Notes: generated by a model not told the origin, from the sequence alone. DNA of 64,000 nucleotides from Thermoplasmatales archaeon (GCA_038734825.1 JAVYOD010000001.1:1382-65381), one strand, 5' to 3'. Numbered from the stretch's first letter, positions 8,768 to 19,322 are shown. Numbers and translations are program-made.

Positions 8768-9691
8768 ATGCGATGTTCTTTTTGCGATAACGATGCAGTG
8801 ATCCATATAAGGTACAATGGAACTCATCTCTGTGAAAAACACTTCATTCGCTTCTTCCAAAAGAGGGTCAATCTAGAATTCAGAAATGAAGTGAAGATTA
8901 AGGGTAATACGAGAATTGGAGTCGCACTTTCAGGTGGGAAGGATAGCTCTGTTGCACTCTTTGAAACAAAAAGAGTCTTCGGGAAGATGAGGAATGTATC
9001 AATAATCGCGATAACGATAGATGAGGGAATAAGTGGCTACAGGTCGAAGACTATTGAAGCAGCGGTTTCTCTAACTAAAAGACTTGGTGTGGAACACGTT
9101 ATTCTAAAAATGTCAGACTTTTACGGTATCACGATGGATGAAATTTCCACGGGCAGGAGGATGCTGCCATGCAGTTATTGTGGAGTATTCAGGAGGAAGA
9201 TGATCAATGTAGGTGCACTCGGTCAGAATCTGGACTATGTAGTTACTGGCCTGAATTTGGACGATACAGTTCAATCATTCGTGATGAACATGGTGAGAGG
9301 GGATCTTGAAAGGCTCTCAAGGATGGGGCCTCACTTCACCGTAAAGGAAGGCCTTGTCCCAAGACTTCAACCATTAAGGAAGATTCCGGAGAGAGAGGTT
9401 CTCCTCTATGCAATCCTAGAGAAAATTGAGTTCTCGCATGCCGAATGCCCCTATGCTGGATTTGCAATAAGGAATGAGTTCAGGAACTCTATAGACTCCT
9501 GGGAAGAGAGGACACCAGGTACTAAATTTGCACTGTTGAACTCCTACGATCAGATTAAATCTCTCCTTTCGCAGAAGCGGACCGAGCCGCTGGGTAAATG
9601 CAAGGTGTGTGGATCCCCTACACCTGGTGATATATGCCAGAGCTGTTTACTTAAAATGGAGATTGAAACATGGACCTCATCCCAGGGATAG
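8768..9691 (+). CDS. PP-loop ATPase, tRNA 2-thiolation enzyme (TtuA/NcsA-like)
   Basis: PP-loop SGGKDSS. N-terminal CSFC...H.C zinc finger and C-terminal CKVCG...CQSC finger. Start placed at the ATG at 8768, not the ORF-track 8663, which overlaps trmB. Confidence 0.75.
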   Translation: MRCSFCDNDAVIHIRYNGTHLCEKHFIRFFQKRVNLEFRNEVKIKGNTRIGVALSGGKDSSVALFETKRVFGKMRNVSIIAITIDEGISGYRSKTIEAAVSLTKRLGVEHVILKMSDFYGITMDEISTGRRMLPCSYCGVFRRKMINVGALGQNLDYVVTGLNLDDTVQSFVMNMVRGDLERLSRMGPHFTVKEGLVPRLQPLRKIPEREVLLYAILEKIEFSHAECPYAGFAIRNEFRNSIDSWEERTPGTKFALLNSYDQIKSLLSQKRTEPLGKCKVCGSPTPGDICQSCLLKMEIETWTSSQG

Positions 9692-10158
9692 CAGCCCTTA
9701 TTATTTCGATACTCCTAGTTCTCCTGCTCAGAGGTGCTATTCTGAGGAAATTAAGAAATTCCTACAGACAACTTTACAAAGACCTCCCAATATCATCTGT
9801 AAACGGGCTAAATCCAGGGCTGATGACGTATCTCATTTCTATTATCACCGCAATCATAGGACCATTTTCATTCAGGCTTTACCATCTAACTTTACTAGAC
9901 TACATATTTCTCAACGTTTTGGCAGGTGTTTTCTTTTCCCTGACTTATCCTTATTTTTCTCCCATAACTTCTTTCTCAAAATTAGATATAATTGAGAAAA
10001 ATGGAAAAACATTCTGTGTAGCAGGCAAGATCCTTAACAGAAGACTCACTGTTATCTCAATAAAAAAGGATTTGTCTATGGAAATAGATGTCAAATGTGG
10101 TCGTGGAATCTGCACAATAGAGACACCTAATCCTGACTTGATCCAGAAGTCATCTTAG
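9670..10158 (+). CDS. hypothetical membrane protein
   Basis: Hydrophobic segments (IAALIISILLVLLL, LISIITAIIGPF, LNVLAGVFFSL). No family recognised. Confidence 0.4.
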   Translation: MDLIPGIAALIISILLVLLLRGAILRKLRNSYRQLYKDLPISSVNGLNPGLMTYLISIITAIIGPFSFRLYHLTLLDYIFLNVLAGVFFSLTYPYFSPITSFSKLDIIEKNGKTFCVAGKILNRRLTVISIKKDLSMEIDVKCGRGICTIETPNPDLIQKSS

Positions 10159-10774
10159 ATAGGACAGATATTGCAGTTGTCATATATTTCTCGTCCATTA
10201 TGTAAGTGATATCGTTGTAGAAAGCTGCCACCTGATATACATTTACCCCATTGACAGCAAGAGCTGTAGAGATATACGCCACGTACCCTCTCAAATTCTC
10301 TATGATTAATGGAGAAATAACAACCAACTCTCCCAACGATTCCCTGAATGACAGAATATCGGTCTCCTGAAATTTTGATCTTATTAACTCTACATTTCTT
10401 TTGTCCACGACAATGACAATCCCTTGGCTGCCCTGTACAATTCTAATCTTTCCGCCTGATGAATAAATCTCACCGTAAGCTTCGACGAGTCTGGTGAGAT
10501 TATCAACTGAATTTTTCACCGTGAGATTGCATATAGAGTAATAGGCTTCGAGCCTAGATTCCCTCAGAGCTGATTTATAAGAAGATTCTAAAGATGGATT
10601 CTTTTCCGGGTATCTTTTGAGTGCAGCTAGGATTGCGTTAAAATTCTCTGTCTTCAGCTCTTTCATGAGAAACCTCGCGAGCGATGAATAATTGACGATC
10701 CCTGATTGTAGTGCGCTTATCGCGCATGGATTTGACGAGAGGTACTCAGAGACTCTCTTACTGATTCTCTCCAT
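10127..10774 (-). CDS. ACT-domain-containing protein (ACT_7-like C-terminus)
   Basis: The C-terminal RGYVAYISTALAVNGVNVYQVAAFYNDITYIMDEKYMTTAISVL resembles aspartokinase-type ACT domains. Confidence 0.4.
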   Translation of the reverse strand: MERISKRVSEYLSSNPCAISALQSGIVNYSSLARFLMKELKTENFNAILAALKRYPEKNPSLESSYKSALRESRLEAYYSICNLTVKNSVDNLTRLVEAYGEIYSSGGKIRIVQGSQGIVIVVDKRNVELIRSKFQETDILSFRESLGELVVISPLIIENLRGYVAYISTALAVNGVNVYQVAAFYNDITYIMDEKYMTTAISVLSKMTSGSSQD

Positions 10775-10853
10775 GTGATGATATAATATTACTGGTAAAT
10801 AACGCTAATGAAAAATATATCAATATCCTTTGTTTTTATAGCTGGCGTTAAGA

Positions 10854-11051
10854 ATGACAAAGGTAATGATACTTCATGAATTCAAAAAAGATGAATACTT
10901 ACAGCTTCTGAAGTGCATGAAGGAAGCTGGAATATATAATGACACCATCGTCGCCATGACAACGGAAACAAGCATTAACTGGAAATTGGGGGACCTTATA
11001 AATGAATTAATTTTAGAGGATGAAAATTTAAAGAAAAAAAATGAAATTTAA
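10854..11051 (+). CDS. small conserved protein, possibly DUF3783-like
   Basis: 65 aa. The pattern AMTTETSINWKLGDLINELILEDE resembles the DUF3783 core as I remember it. Weak. Confidence 0.3.
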   Translation: MTKVMILHEFKKDEYLQLLKCMKEAGIYNDTIVAMTTETSINWKLGDLINELILEDENLKKKNEI

Positions 11052-11551
11052 AATTTCTTGAATTTTGTGCCACTAGTCCCACATACTGGGCACTTTTCAG
11101 GTGCCTTTCCAACGACGGTATAGCCGCAGACTGGACAGATATATATGTCCTTTGGGGGGATATCGCTGTTTTTCTTAACACTCTCAAGGGCTTCCTTGTA
11201 GAGTGTCTCGTGAATCTTTTCGGCTTCTAGTGCGTATCTTGTTGATGTCTCAGCAGCCGCCTCCTTTTGGAATTTTGCTACTTCATTATATACGGGATAC
11301 ATTTCAGTTACTTCGAAGTGTTCACCGGCAATCGCGTCCTCAAGGTTCTCGCCCGTCCCCTTTATCATTCCTAGGCTTCTGTAATGGTTGGTCGCGTGAA
11401 CTGTTTCAGCATAGGAGATTGCTCTAAAAAGCTTAGCGATATTCGGGAAACCATTCTTCTCAGCCACGTCTGAATAAATCATGTATTTCATCGCAGCTTT
11501 GCTTTCTCCACAGTATGCATCGTTCAAATTTTTCTCTGTCATAGATTTCAT
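11048..11551 (-). CDS. rbr: rubrerythrin
   Basis: Ferritin-like di-iron ligand pattern (E...E..H twice) plus a C-terminal rubredoxin-type CPVCGY...CPVCG. Confidence 0.85.
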   Translation of the reverse strand: MKSMTEKNLNDAYCGESKAAMKYMIYSDVAEKNGFPNIAKLFRAISYAETVHATNHYRSLGMIKGTGENLEDAIAGEHFEVTEMYPVYNEVAKFQKEAAAETSTRYALEAEKIHETLYKEALESVKKNSDIPPKDIYICPVCGYTVVGKAPEKCPVCGTSGTKFKKF

Positions 11552-11955
11552 GTCAATCGTATATATGAGAAATTCTTAACCTAAATATTTTTGTCCTAAA
11601 GTCACGGTTTTTTCAACTATTAACATTAATTTACCGTGAATTCATATGTTACTCACTTGCGTGAGACCTCGATTATATCAAAAGAATTTCTTAGCTTACT
11701 ATCAAGGAAGAGCATGTTTTTAAGCCTAATTTTTTGTGGAGTAATCAGATTTATAAAGCTTAGAAATCACAATAGAATTTGTCTTTTTCGTTGAACTAGA
11801 CTTTTCATGCAACGCTTCACATAACAACACGATTTTAACCCAAGAAAACTTAAACTGAGATCTGTAATGAGCGTAGGTTTTCCATTATTCAACATATTTT
11901 CCTCGATTAGTAAGAAAAAGATTTTCTACAATAATCATTCACGTCAGGAACACAA

Positions 11956-13119
11956 GTGGGCTATTCCTTAAAGACATATTCCGTTATCATTTCAAGGGCG
12001 CTGTACGCGTTAAATTGGTTCGATATAGCGCCAGGTTTGGTATACATTTCCAGCGACTTAAACCTTAGGGTAGTTGACTTAGGGATAATAACGACGTTCT
12101 TCTATCTCGGACTTGCTATTTTCCAGCTTGTCGGAGGGGCCATGGCATCTCGGATCGGCGCCAAGAAGGTCGCATTTCTCGGTTTAATGATTTTAGGACT
12201 AGGGGGTATATTTTCCGGCATTTCAACAACTTTTCCAGAACTGGCTGCCGCGAGATTCCTAGCAGGGACCGGTTCTGCCCTATTCTTCTCACCTGGGCTA
12301 ACAGTACTGAGGGAAGTATCGCCGCCTGAAACGTATAGCTTCCAAGTAGGACTCTACAACGGCGCATTTAATCTCGGCGGTGGTATAGGTGCCTTTGGAT
12401 GGGTGTTTGTTGACAAGGCAATCGGCTGGCGGCTAGGGCTGATCACTGGTGGCCTCATGGTCGTAGTAGCAGCAGTAGAAAATGCCATCGTGCTTGGCAG
12501 GGAAAAAGAGGAGCGTAGCGAGGGAAGAGAACTAGCGAGCAGGATGTTAGATGTAGTTAGAGACAGAGTTCTTTGGATATTACCTGTTGCAACCGCAGTA
12601 TCTATGTTTGCCGAGACCGTTGGCGGTCAATTCCTTGTATTTTACGCTGAAAATTATTTAAAACTACCAAAATCCGAGGCAGGATTAACCGACGGTCTCT
12701 TTCTTTTGCTAGGATTCATAGGCGGAGTCGTAGGTGGTAGAATGCTTTCAAGTGAGAGACAGAGGGGTTGGTTTACCTATTTCATTCTTATCCTTACAGG
12801 ACTATCATTTTCGCTGATTTCGATCGCAGAAAACTTCCAGACACTTTTAGTATTCACCTCTATAGCGGGATTCTCTCTAGTATCAGGATTTACGGTCCTT
12901 TACATTGAATCATTAAAATCTATAAATTATAGGCCCATCATCCCATTTGCACTAGCGTTCGTGAATTGTTTAAGTATAGCGATTGGATCTGTTTCGCCTT
13001 ATTTCTTCACCTTTTTATTAGATAAAGTGAATAGCCATTCTGGTTGGCTTGTTTTAGGAGTGATTGGTCTTGCTTTAATCCCACTACTTTATTTTTCTAG
13101 AAGAAATTATAATCATTAA
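11956..13119 (+). CDS. MFS transporter
   Basis: About 12 hydrophobic segments. GGAMASRIGAKK-type loop between TM2 and TM3. GTG start. Confidence 0.65.
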   Translation: MGYSLKTYSVIISRALYALNWFDIAPGLVYISSDLNLRVVDLGIITTFFYLGLAIFQLVGGAMASRIGAKKVAFLGLMILGLGGIFSGISTTFPELAAARFLAGTGSALFFSPGLTVLREVSPPETYSFQVGLYNGAFNLGGGIGAFGWVFVDKAIGWRLGLITGGLMVVVAAVENAIVLGREKEERSEGRELASRMLDVVRDRVLWILPVATAVSMFAETVGGQFLVFYAENYLKLPKSEAGLTDGLFLLLGFIGGVVGGRMLSSERQRGWFTYFILILTGLSFSLISIAENFQTLLVFTSIAGFSLVSGFTVLYIESLKSINYRPIIPFALAFVNCLSIAIGSVSPYFFTFLLDKVNSHSGWLVLGVIGLALIPLLYFSRRNYNH

Positions 13120-13148
13120 AAATTTAAGTTAGCTGCTATTTACTACGG

Positions 13149-13571
13149 ATGATTGAATGTCCATTCTGCAGGATCATTAGAGGGGAACAAGAGGCTATCA
13201 TATTGATCAGAACAGACAAGGTCACATCATTCCTAGACTACCGACCTATTGGGATGGGTCACTCTTTGGTCATATCCAACGAACACTTTACCAACATTGC
13301 AGACGTTAAGGAAGATGTTTTATCTGAGGCAATGCTTGTTGCAAGGAAGATAGCGTTAGCTCTGTGGAAATCATTTGATCCTCTGGGCATAAATATAATT
13401 CAAAACAACGGATATCATGGCGGCCAAACAATATTTCATTTCCATATTCATGTAATTCCGAGATACGATAACACTTATTCCAATATGCTGGAAGAGGTTG
13501 CAAAAAAGAGGGTTATTGTTAGCAACAGAGATTTAGGATTAGTGAAAGATAAAATGAAATATTTCCTTTAG
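13149..13571 (+). CDS. HIT (histidine triad) family protein
   Basis: CPFCRI near the N-terminus and the histidine triad HFHIHVIP. Confidence 0.85.
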   Translation: MIECPFCRIIRGEQEAIILIRTDKVTSFLDYRPIGMGHSLVISNEHFTNIADVKEDVLSEAMLVARKIALALWKSFDPLGINIIQNNGYHGGQTIFHFHIHVIPRYDNTYSNMLEEVAKKRVIVSNRDLGLVKDKMKYFL

Positions 13572-13652
13572 AGGAAAGGATAGTCGCATAAGACCTAACG
13601 AGTAAGCTGTTTTCACAAGGTTTTATTACCTCCTTTTTATGGGGATAAGGGA

Positions 13653-14666
13653 ATGTATAGATTTGGAATTGCCGGTATACCTTTGGGTTCTAAAGGTAGA
13701 ACTGTTAAGGATGCGATTGAAAACACATTCCAGCTAGGTCTCAATTATTTGGAGATTCAATTGTTCAGGATTAGTACCCAGGAGAGAGAGCTCAGAGATT
13801 TTGTAGGAATGAAACCTAAAGATCTTGATGATATCCTATTAGTTGACTTACTCAGAAGTGATGATGAAGGCAATTACGCTTCCATTGGGATCAACAATGA
13901 GATAGAGGAGGACGATATTGGCACGGAACTTTTCTGGAGCATGGCGAGGGATTACAAAGAACTGGCGCTGGCAAGGGATATCGCAAAGGAACTTGATGTT
14001 AAGATTTCAATGCACACACCATATTACGTTGACTTCTCCAATGAAGAAAAGATGATATTTGATTCTATACAACATACCATATGGGGTGGAGTTCTTGCGG
14101 ATGCGCTAGATGCAGAATACGTGATAACTCATCTAGGCCTAGCATCGAGTCAAAGAAAGAAGGATCTAAACACAACGGCATCTTCCCTGAAACAGATAGT
14201 TGATACGATGGGGAAATTGAAATTGAAACCCAAACTCTGTATAGAGAACTCTGGAAAAAAGGAGGTGCTTGGAACCGAGGAAGAGATAGAATTCCTGATA
14301 AATAAGGTTAAGGATCTCGGGGTCATAACTAATATAGCACACCTTTATTCGATAAACAAAGGACCTGTGCTTGAGCGTGATGATTTTAAAGAGATCATAT
14401 CAGAGACAAAAAGGAAGGGGAGACCACTATATTTTGAATTTGCCGGGGTTGAATTTTTAGACCAGGATGAGTACAGGATCACACCAATAAAAAGAGGGAA
14501 CCTGAAATTTGAACCGTTCGCAGATGCCATGGCAGAATTTGATGATGAGATGAATGTAATATCGTTTTCTCCGTTACTTGAACACGACGCGCTTTACATG
14601 AAAGTAATTTTTGAGAGGAGTATACTAAGGAAAATAGGAAAAACGGTAAAACCATTGCCTCAATAA
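13653..14666 (+). CDS. xylose-isomerase-like TIM-barrel protein, endonuclease IV-related
   Basis: MHTPYYVDFS (compare HAPYLINL), ITHLG and CIENSG resemble AP-endonuclease-2 / Nfo motifs. Contains an acidic insertion. Confidence 0.5.
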   Translation: MYRFGIAGIPLGSKGRTVKDAIENTFQLGLNYLEIQLFRISTQERELRDFVGMKPKDLDDILLVDLLRSDDEGNYASIGINNEIEEDDIGTELFWSMARDYKELALARDIAKELDVKISMHTPYYVDFSNEEKMIFDSIQHTIWGGVLADALDAEYVITHLGLASSQRKKDLNTTASSLKQIVDTMGKLKLKPKLCIENSGKKEVLGTEEEIEFLINKVKDLGVITNIAHLYSINKGPVLERDDFKEIISETKRKGRPLYFEFAGVEFLDQDEYRITPIKRGNLKFEPFADAMAEFDDEMNVISFSPLLEHDALYMKVIFERSILRKIGKTVKPLPQ

Positions 14667-14676
14667 ACTTACCGTA

Positions 14677-15201
14677 CTACTTAACAATGAATTCCGGAAA
14701 CTCTTCCTTAGCCTTCTGAACCTTGGGGGAGATTACGAGACGGCAATATGCCTTATCCGGGTTCCTTTCAAAGTAATTCTTATGGTACTCTTCCGCTGGA
14801 TAAAAGTTATTCAGCTTTCTAACGTCCGTTACAATTTTATTTGTGTGATTTTTTTGCTCGGCTGAAATTACATTTCTTATTGTATTCAGATCAGATTCAT
14901 CGTTATAGAAGATAGCGGATCTGTACTGGTATCCAACATCTTCCCCTTGTTTGTCGATGGAAGTCGGATCGTGAATGTTGAAGAAGATATGGAGAAGGCG
15001 ATCGAGTGTTATCTCACGCTCATCATAATCGACCTTAACAACCTCTATATGACCTGTATCCCCCTTACAGACCCTTTCATAACTCGGGTTGGGTATGCTA
15101 CCGCCTGAGAAACCAGGTGTAGTAGATATGACACCCTTTATATGCGAGAATACAGCTTCAGTGCACCAGAAACATCCTGCTCCCAATACTATGCTCTTCA
15201 T
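14677..15201 (-). CDS. msrA: peptide-methionine (S)-S-oxide reductase
   Basis: GAGCFWC active-site motif, HDPT and GYQYRS. Confidence 0.9.
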   Translation of the reverse strand: MKSIVLGAGCFWCTEAVFSHIKGVISTTPGFSGGSIPNPSYERVCKGDTGHIEVVKVDYDEREITLDRLLHIFFNIHDPTSIDKQGEDVGYQYRSAIFYNDESDLNTIRNVISAEQKNHTNKIVTDVRKLNNFYPAEEYHKNYFERNPDKAYCRLVISPKVQKAKEEFPEFIVK

Positions 15202-15569
15202 TTAATTTCATCCGGCAGAAAGCGAATGGATATAGAGTTTACGCAATGCCTAACATTTTTGGGAGTAAACCCCTCACCGTAAAACACGTGACCGAGGTGA
15301 GCATCACACTTCGAACACCTGATCTCAACTCTTCTCATATCCTTGTCCATCAACTCCCTAACGGAACCCGGTATCGAGTCATCAAAGCTGGGCCACCCGC
15401 ATCCTGCGTCGAACTTGCTTTCAGACCTGTAGAGTGCCTGCCCACACCTCTTACAGACGTACGTCCCTTTCTCAAAGTGGTTGTAATATTCACCTGTGAA
15501 AGGCATCTCGGTACCACCGTATACGATTACAAACTCTTCTTCCTTAGTTAGAGGGTTTAGTTTTTCCAT
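15198..15569 (-). CDS. msrB: peptide-methionine (R)-S-oxide reductase
   Basis: Two CxxC pairs (CKRCG, CSKCDAHLGHVF) and RHCVNS. Start moved to the internal ATG at 15569 (MEKLNPLTKEE). 4-nt overlap with msrA. Confidence 0.85.
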   Translation of the reverse strand: MEKLNPLTKEEEFVIVYGGTEMPFTGEYYNHFEKGTYVCKRCGQALYRSESKFDAGCGWPSFDDSIPGSVRELMDKDMRRVEIRCSKCDAHLGHVFYGEGFTPKNVRHCVNSISIRFLPDEIK

Positions 15570-15653
15570 ACTTATTGATGCAAAATCAAACCTTAAGTAT
15601 GTTGTCACTTAGATAGCAAATTTAAATATTTCATTGAAAAAAGATATTATGTT

Positions 15654-16106
15654 ATGAGGAATACTGAACCATTGCAAGAAGAGTACTATGTTGATAGCTG
15701 CATATTCTGCAGAATCGTAAGGGGAAAGGAAGAGGCTACCTTTGTCTATAGAAATAATCTTGTGTCAGCATTTCTCGACATTCACCCCCTGTTCGAAGGC
15801 CATGTCCTAGTGGTTCCGAATAAGCACTTTTCAGACATAAGAGACGTGGACAAGGAGTCGCTTGATGCCACGATCGAAGCTGCAAAGCTGGTTAGCGGGA
15901 TATTAATGAAAAACCTAAAGGCAGACGGTATAAACATAGTTCACTCTACCGGGAAATCCGCAGGTCAGACAATATATCATTTCCACCTTCATATTTTACC
16001 TAGGCACGAGGGGGATGACCCAGAGTTTCAGAGGTGGTGGTTTTCTCGATCCCACAAGGCTTCAAGAGATGAACTCAATGCCCTAGTTTTAAGAATTCTG
16101 GGATAG
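15654..16106 (+). CDS. HIT (histidine triad) family protein, paralog of 13149-13571
   Basis: CIFCRI and HFHLHILP. Confidence 0.85.
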   Translation: MRNTEPLQEEYYVDSCIFCRIVRGKEEATFVYRNNLVSAFLDIHPLFEGHVLVVPNKHFSDIRDVDKESLDATIEAAKLVSGILMKNLKADGINIVHSTGKSAGQTIYHFHLHILPRHEGDDPEFQRWWFSRSHKASRDELNALVLRILG

Positions 16107-16151
16107 AGGAAAGTGATCTGACATTTAAATAGGAAATCCTAATTATCAATA

Positions 16152-17531
16152 ATGTCACGCATTGAAAAAGATTCTCTCGGGAATGTAGAAATACCAGACG
16201 ATAGGCTTTATGGGCCCGAAACTGCAAGGGCTTTGGCTAATTTCCCTTATAAAAGGGAGATGGATAAAAGGATAATAGACACGCTCATCGGCATCAAGAG
16301 ATCCTACGTTAGTGCTTTTATGTCCGTCGGAACAATCCCGAAAGATATCGGGGATGCTATAATTAAGGCGGCAGATTTACTCCTAAAGAACAAGAATGAA
16401 AACGACTTTCCGCTGAAGTACATCCAGGCTGGTGCAGGGACATCAACAAATATGAATGTAAATGAAGTTCTTGCAAATAAGGCACTTCAGATTCTTGGAA
16501 AACCCCTAGGAAGGCACGATATAATTAGCCCTCACAATCACGTGAATATCGGCCAATCTACCAACGATGTCTTCCCAGCCGCAGTAAGAATAACTCTCCT
16601 CTTTTCCATAAAAGAATTTTTGAATCATCTCAAAGGTGTCATAGATAAACTTAATGAAATGGCGCAGGAGCATGAGGCTAGCATCAAAACAGGCAGGACT
16701 CACCTCCAGGATGCATCTGCAGTGACCTTTGGTGGCGAATTCAAGGCGTACGCGGACGAGCTCTCCTCTTTCGTTGTTCAGGCAGAATTCATCATGCAGA
16801 GGTTGCGAAGGCTAAATCTTGGAGGGACAGCTGTCGGTACTGGAGCCAACCTACCGGTGAAAGTACGTAAGATCTTATACGAGAAAATAAATGAACATTT
16901 TAAGGAGAACTTTACTCCAGCAGAAAATTTGATGTCAGTAATGCAATTCACTTCAGATTTCAATCTCGTGGCTTCATTCTTTTCAAACCTTTCTGCTTCG
17001 ATCATCAAAATTGCAAGAGATTTTAGATTGATGAATTCTGGTCCGGTCGCAGGCTTTAACGAGATAGTTCTCCCTGCGGTTCAACCGGGGTCTTCAATAA
17101 TGCCTGGGAAGGTAAATCCGAGCATTTTCGAGGCTGTTACCATGAGCGCACTCTATTCAAGAGGCCTGGCCCAGACTGTTAATGAGGCCTCAACACAGGG
17201 TGAAATGGAGATAAATGTGTTTGTCCCGATTATATACACGTCATTAATGGAAATAATAGATGTTCTAACGGTGTCTATGGATATAATTAAAGAGAAAACT
17301 CTTGAAGGCATAAAAGTAAATAAGGAGTACGCATACAACGTTCTGATAAACTCACCCGGTACTGCTTTACTTCTGAATCCTGTTATTGGTTACGAAAAGA
17401 CAGCAGAGTTAGTGAATGAGTCGAAGGAAAAGAAGATACCACTTCTGGAACTCCTAAGACAGAAGAAAATATTATCTGAGGAGGAAATAAAGAAAATTTT
17501 TTCCGTCGAGAATATGCTGAACAAAGGTTGA
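16152..17531 (+). CDS. fumC: class II fumarate hydratase (fumarase/aspartase family)
   Basis: GSSIMPGKVNP signature, TGRTHLQDA and N-terminal EKDSLG..EIP. MPGKVNP favours fumarase over aspartase. Confidence 0.75.
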   Translation: MSRIEKDSLGNVEIPDDRLYGPETARALANFPYKREMDKRIIDTLIGIKRSYVSAFMSVGTIPKDIGDAIIKAADLLLKNKNENDFPLKYIQAGAGTSTNMNVNEVLANKALQILGKPLGRHDIISPHNHVNIGQSTNDVFPAAVRITLLFSIKEFLNHLKGVIDKLNEMAQEHEASIKTGRTHLQDASAVTFGGEFKAYADELSSFVVQAEFIMQRLRRLNLGGTAVGTGANLPVKVRKILYEKINEHFKENFTPAENLMSVMQFTSDFNLVASFFSNLSASIIKIARDFRLMNSGPVAGFNEIVLPAVQPGSSIMPGKVNPSIFEAVTMSALYSRGLAQTVNEASTQGEMEINVFVPIIYTSLMEIIDVLTVSMDIIKEKTLEGIKVNKEYAYNVLINSPGTALLLNPVIGYEKTAELVNESKEKKIPLLELLRQKKILSEEEIKKIFSVENMLNKG

Positions 17532-17613
17532 AAACAACGTAACTGATACTGTGTTTAAGAAAATTTGAAAAAGATATATACTTAGGACACATCTAGCCTA
17601 ATAAGAGGAGCAT

Positions 17614-18192
17614 ATGTATTTCATATTAGAGATGAATGATACTGTCAGGGTTCCACCAGAAAACCTTGGTGCAGACTACGAAAAAACTGCAATAGCAACC
17701 GCTATAAGCAACGTGGAAGGAAAAGTTGGAATGCTGGATAGAAATCTGGTGAGGGATCAGAACGACAGAAGGTACATCAATCTTCTTGTTCTTGATGTGA
17801 AATTGGAGGGCGAAGGGAGGGTGGTCCATGGAGACGGAGGTGTCTATCAGAACGTTGTGCTCAAAATCCTGGCCTTCCAACCAACACTCCAGGAAGTTGT
17901 TGAAGGGGATGTTGTAGATATCAAAAAATTCGGGGCCTTCGTTAGCCTCGGACCTGTCGAGGGCCTTCTTCACGTGAGCCAGGTTATGGACGACAGAATA
18001 GAGGTAGACGAGGAAAATAAAAGAATGATAGGTAAAGATACCAAGAAAGATCTAAAAAATGGGGATTACGTTAGAACGAGAATAGTTGCACTTTCACTCT
18101 CCGATACGAATATTGAGGAAAGTAAGATTGGATTAACAATGAGACAGAATTTCCTGGGGAAAATATCGTGGCTCAAGGGTGAGGCCAAATGA
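17614..18192 (+). CDS. rpoE: DNA-directed RNA polymerase subunit E' (Rpo7)
   Basis: MYFILEMNDTVRVPPENLG N-terminus and an S1 domain (GDVVDIKKFGAFVSLGPVEGLLHVSQ). Confidence 0.85.
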   Translation: MYFILEMNDTVRVPPENLGADYEKTAIATAISNVEGKVGMLDRNLVRDQNDRRYINLLVLDVKLEGEGRVVHGDGGVYQNVVLKILAFQPTLQEVVEGDVVDIKKFGAFVSLGPVEGLLHVSQVMDDRIEVDEENKRMIGKDTKKDLKNGDYVRTRIVALSLSDTNIEESKIGLTMRQNFLGKISWLKGEAK

Positions 18193-18374
18193 TAAAATTA
18201 AGGGCCTGCAGGAACTGCAAAAATATTACGGAAAACACTAAATGCGAAAAATGCGGCGGAGATACCGTCCTTGAGTGGAAGGGCTACATATTTGTATTAA
18301 ATCCAGAGATGTCTCTCATTGCTAAAAAAGCAGGAATAACATCGCAGGGTGAATATGCAATTAAAGTTCGATAA
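18189..18374 (+). CDS. spt4: transcription elongation factor Spt4 / RNAP subunit E''
   Basis: 61 aa. Zn ribbon CRNC...CEKCG followed by W.G...V. ATGA overlap with rpoE'. Confidence 0.8.
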   Translation: MIKLRACRNCKNITENTKCEKCGGDTVLEWKGYIFVLNPEMSLIAKKAGITSQGEYAIKVR

Positions 18375-18876
18375 GGATCTTGTAGTACCGGATAAATACA
18401 GGGAACATCTGTCAAAGATGCCAGATGTTCTTATCAAAAAAGAGTCGCAGGTAGAGTTTCTGTTTACAAAGGTTTTAATCACAGTGGGTGACGTGGTCAC
18501 ATCTACTGCCTTGAAGTACAAAATGGTACCTAAGGTCTCCGTTGTAGATTTCAAGACAAAAAGAAACGAACCTATCTCGCCTCTACCCTCGAAATGGGAA
18601 AGGAACGTAAAAGTCAAGAATCCGCCAGGCTGTATATCTGTGGCCTTGTGGAATTCCATAGATGAGGCTATAAGGTCTAAAGGAAATACGATAATCGAGG
18701 TAGAAGGAGAAGAAGATCTTGCCTCTATCCCGGCAATAGTTCTGGCACCAGACGGAGCGATAGTTATTTATGGAGTCCCTGATAAGGGAATCGCAGTGTA
18801 TGAGGTTGGTGAGGTCCTTAGAAAGAGTGTGACCGATCTGATATCGACGATTAGGAGTGAAGAGCATGAAGATTGA
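18349..18876 (+). CDS. DUF359-family protein (GTP-dependent dephospho-CoA kinase type)
   Basis: ITVGDVVT and VDFKTKR motifs. Conserved archaeal context rpoE'-spt4-DUF359-S24e-S27ae. Confidence 0.65.
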   Translation: MNMQLKFDKDLVVPDKYREHLSKMPDVLIKKESQVEFLFTKVLITVGDVVTSTALKYKMVPKVSVVDFKTKRNEPISPLPSKWERNVKVKNPPGCISVALWNSIDEAIRSKGNTIIEVEGEEDLASIPAIVLAPDGAIVIYGVPDKGIAVYEVGEVLRKSVTDLISTIRSEEHED

Positions 18877-19186
18877 AATAATAGAAAAAAAGGAAAACAA
18901 ACTTTTGCGCAGAAATGAAATAAAATACAGGCTTATTCATCCCGGGGAACCTGTACCTAGCAGAAAGAAAGTGAAGGAACAGCTTTCTGCTAACCTTCAG
19001 GTGCCTGAGGATATCGTTATTATAGATAACCAGCACTCCAAATTCGGTAGGACATTAACAGAGGGGTATGCCAAGGTATACACCTCTAAGGAAGACGCAA
19101 TAAGACTTGAGCCAGATTTTATCCTGATACGCAATGGCCTCAAATCGAAGGAAGGGGATAAGAGTGCAGAAAAGGGAAATGTATAA
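18866..19186 (+). CDS. rps24e: 30S ribosomal protein S24e
   Basis: [25 protein letters not shown] is typical of S24e. Start set at the ATG at 18866. Confidence 0.85.
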   Translation: MKIEIIEKKENKLLRRNEIKYRLIHPGEPVPSRKKVKEQLSANLQVPEDIVIIDNQHSKFGRTLTEGYAKVYTSKEDAIRLEPDFILIRNGLKSKEGDKSAEKGNV

Positions 19187-19322
19187 GGTCGAAAACGGCA
19201 AGTTACTAAGGCTAGGAAAGTTCTGTCCTAAGTGCGGACCTGGCGTGTTCCTGGCAAAGCACAGCGATAGGCTAACCTGTGGAAGATGCGGCTATTCTGA
19301 GCTTATCGTTCGCGATCACTGA
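19179..19322 (+). CDS. rps27ae: 30S ribosomal protein S27ae
   Basis: Zn ribbon CPKCG...CGRCGY. Start set at the ATG at 19179 (MYKVENGKL), overlapping the S24e stop. Confidence 0.8.
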   Translation: MYKVENGKLLRLGKFCPKCGPGVFLAKHSDRLTCGRCGYSELIVRDH

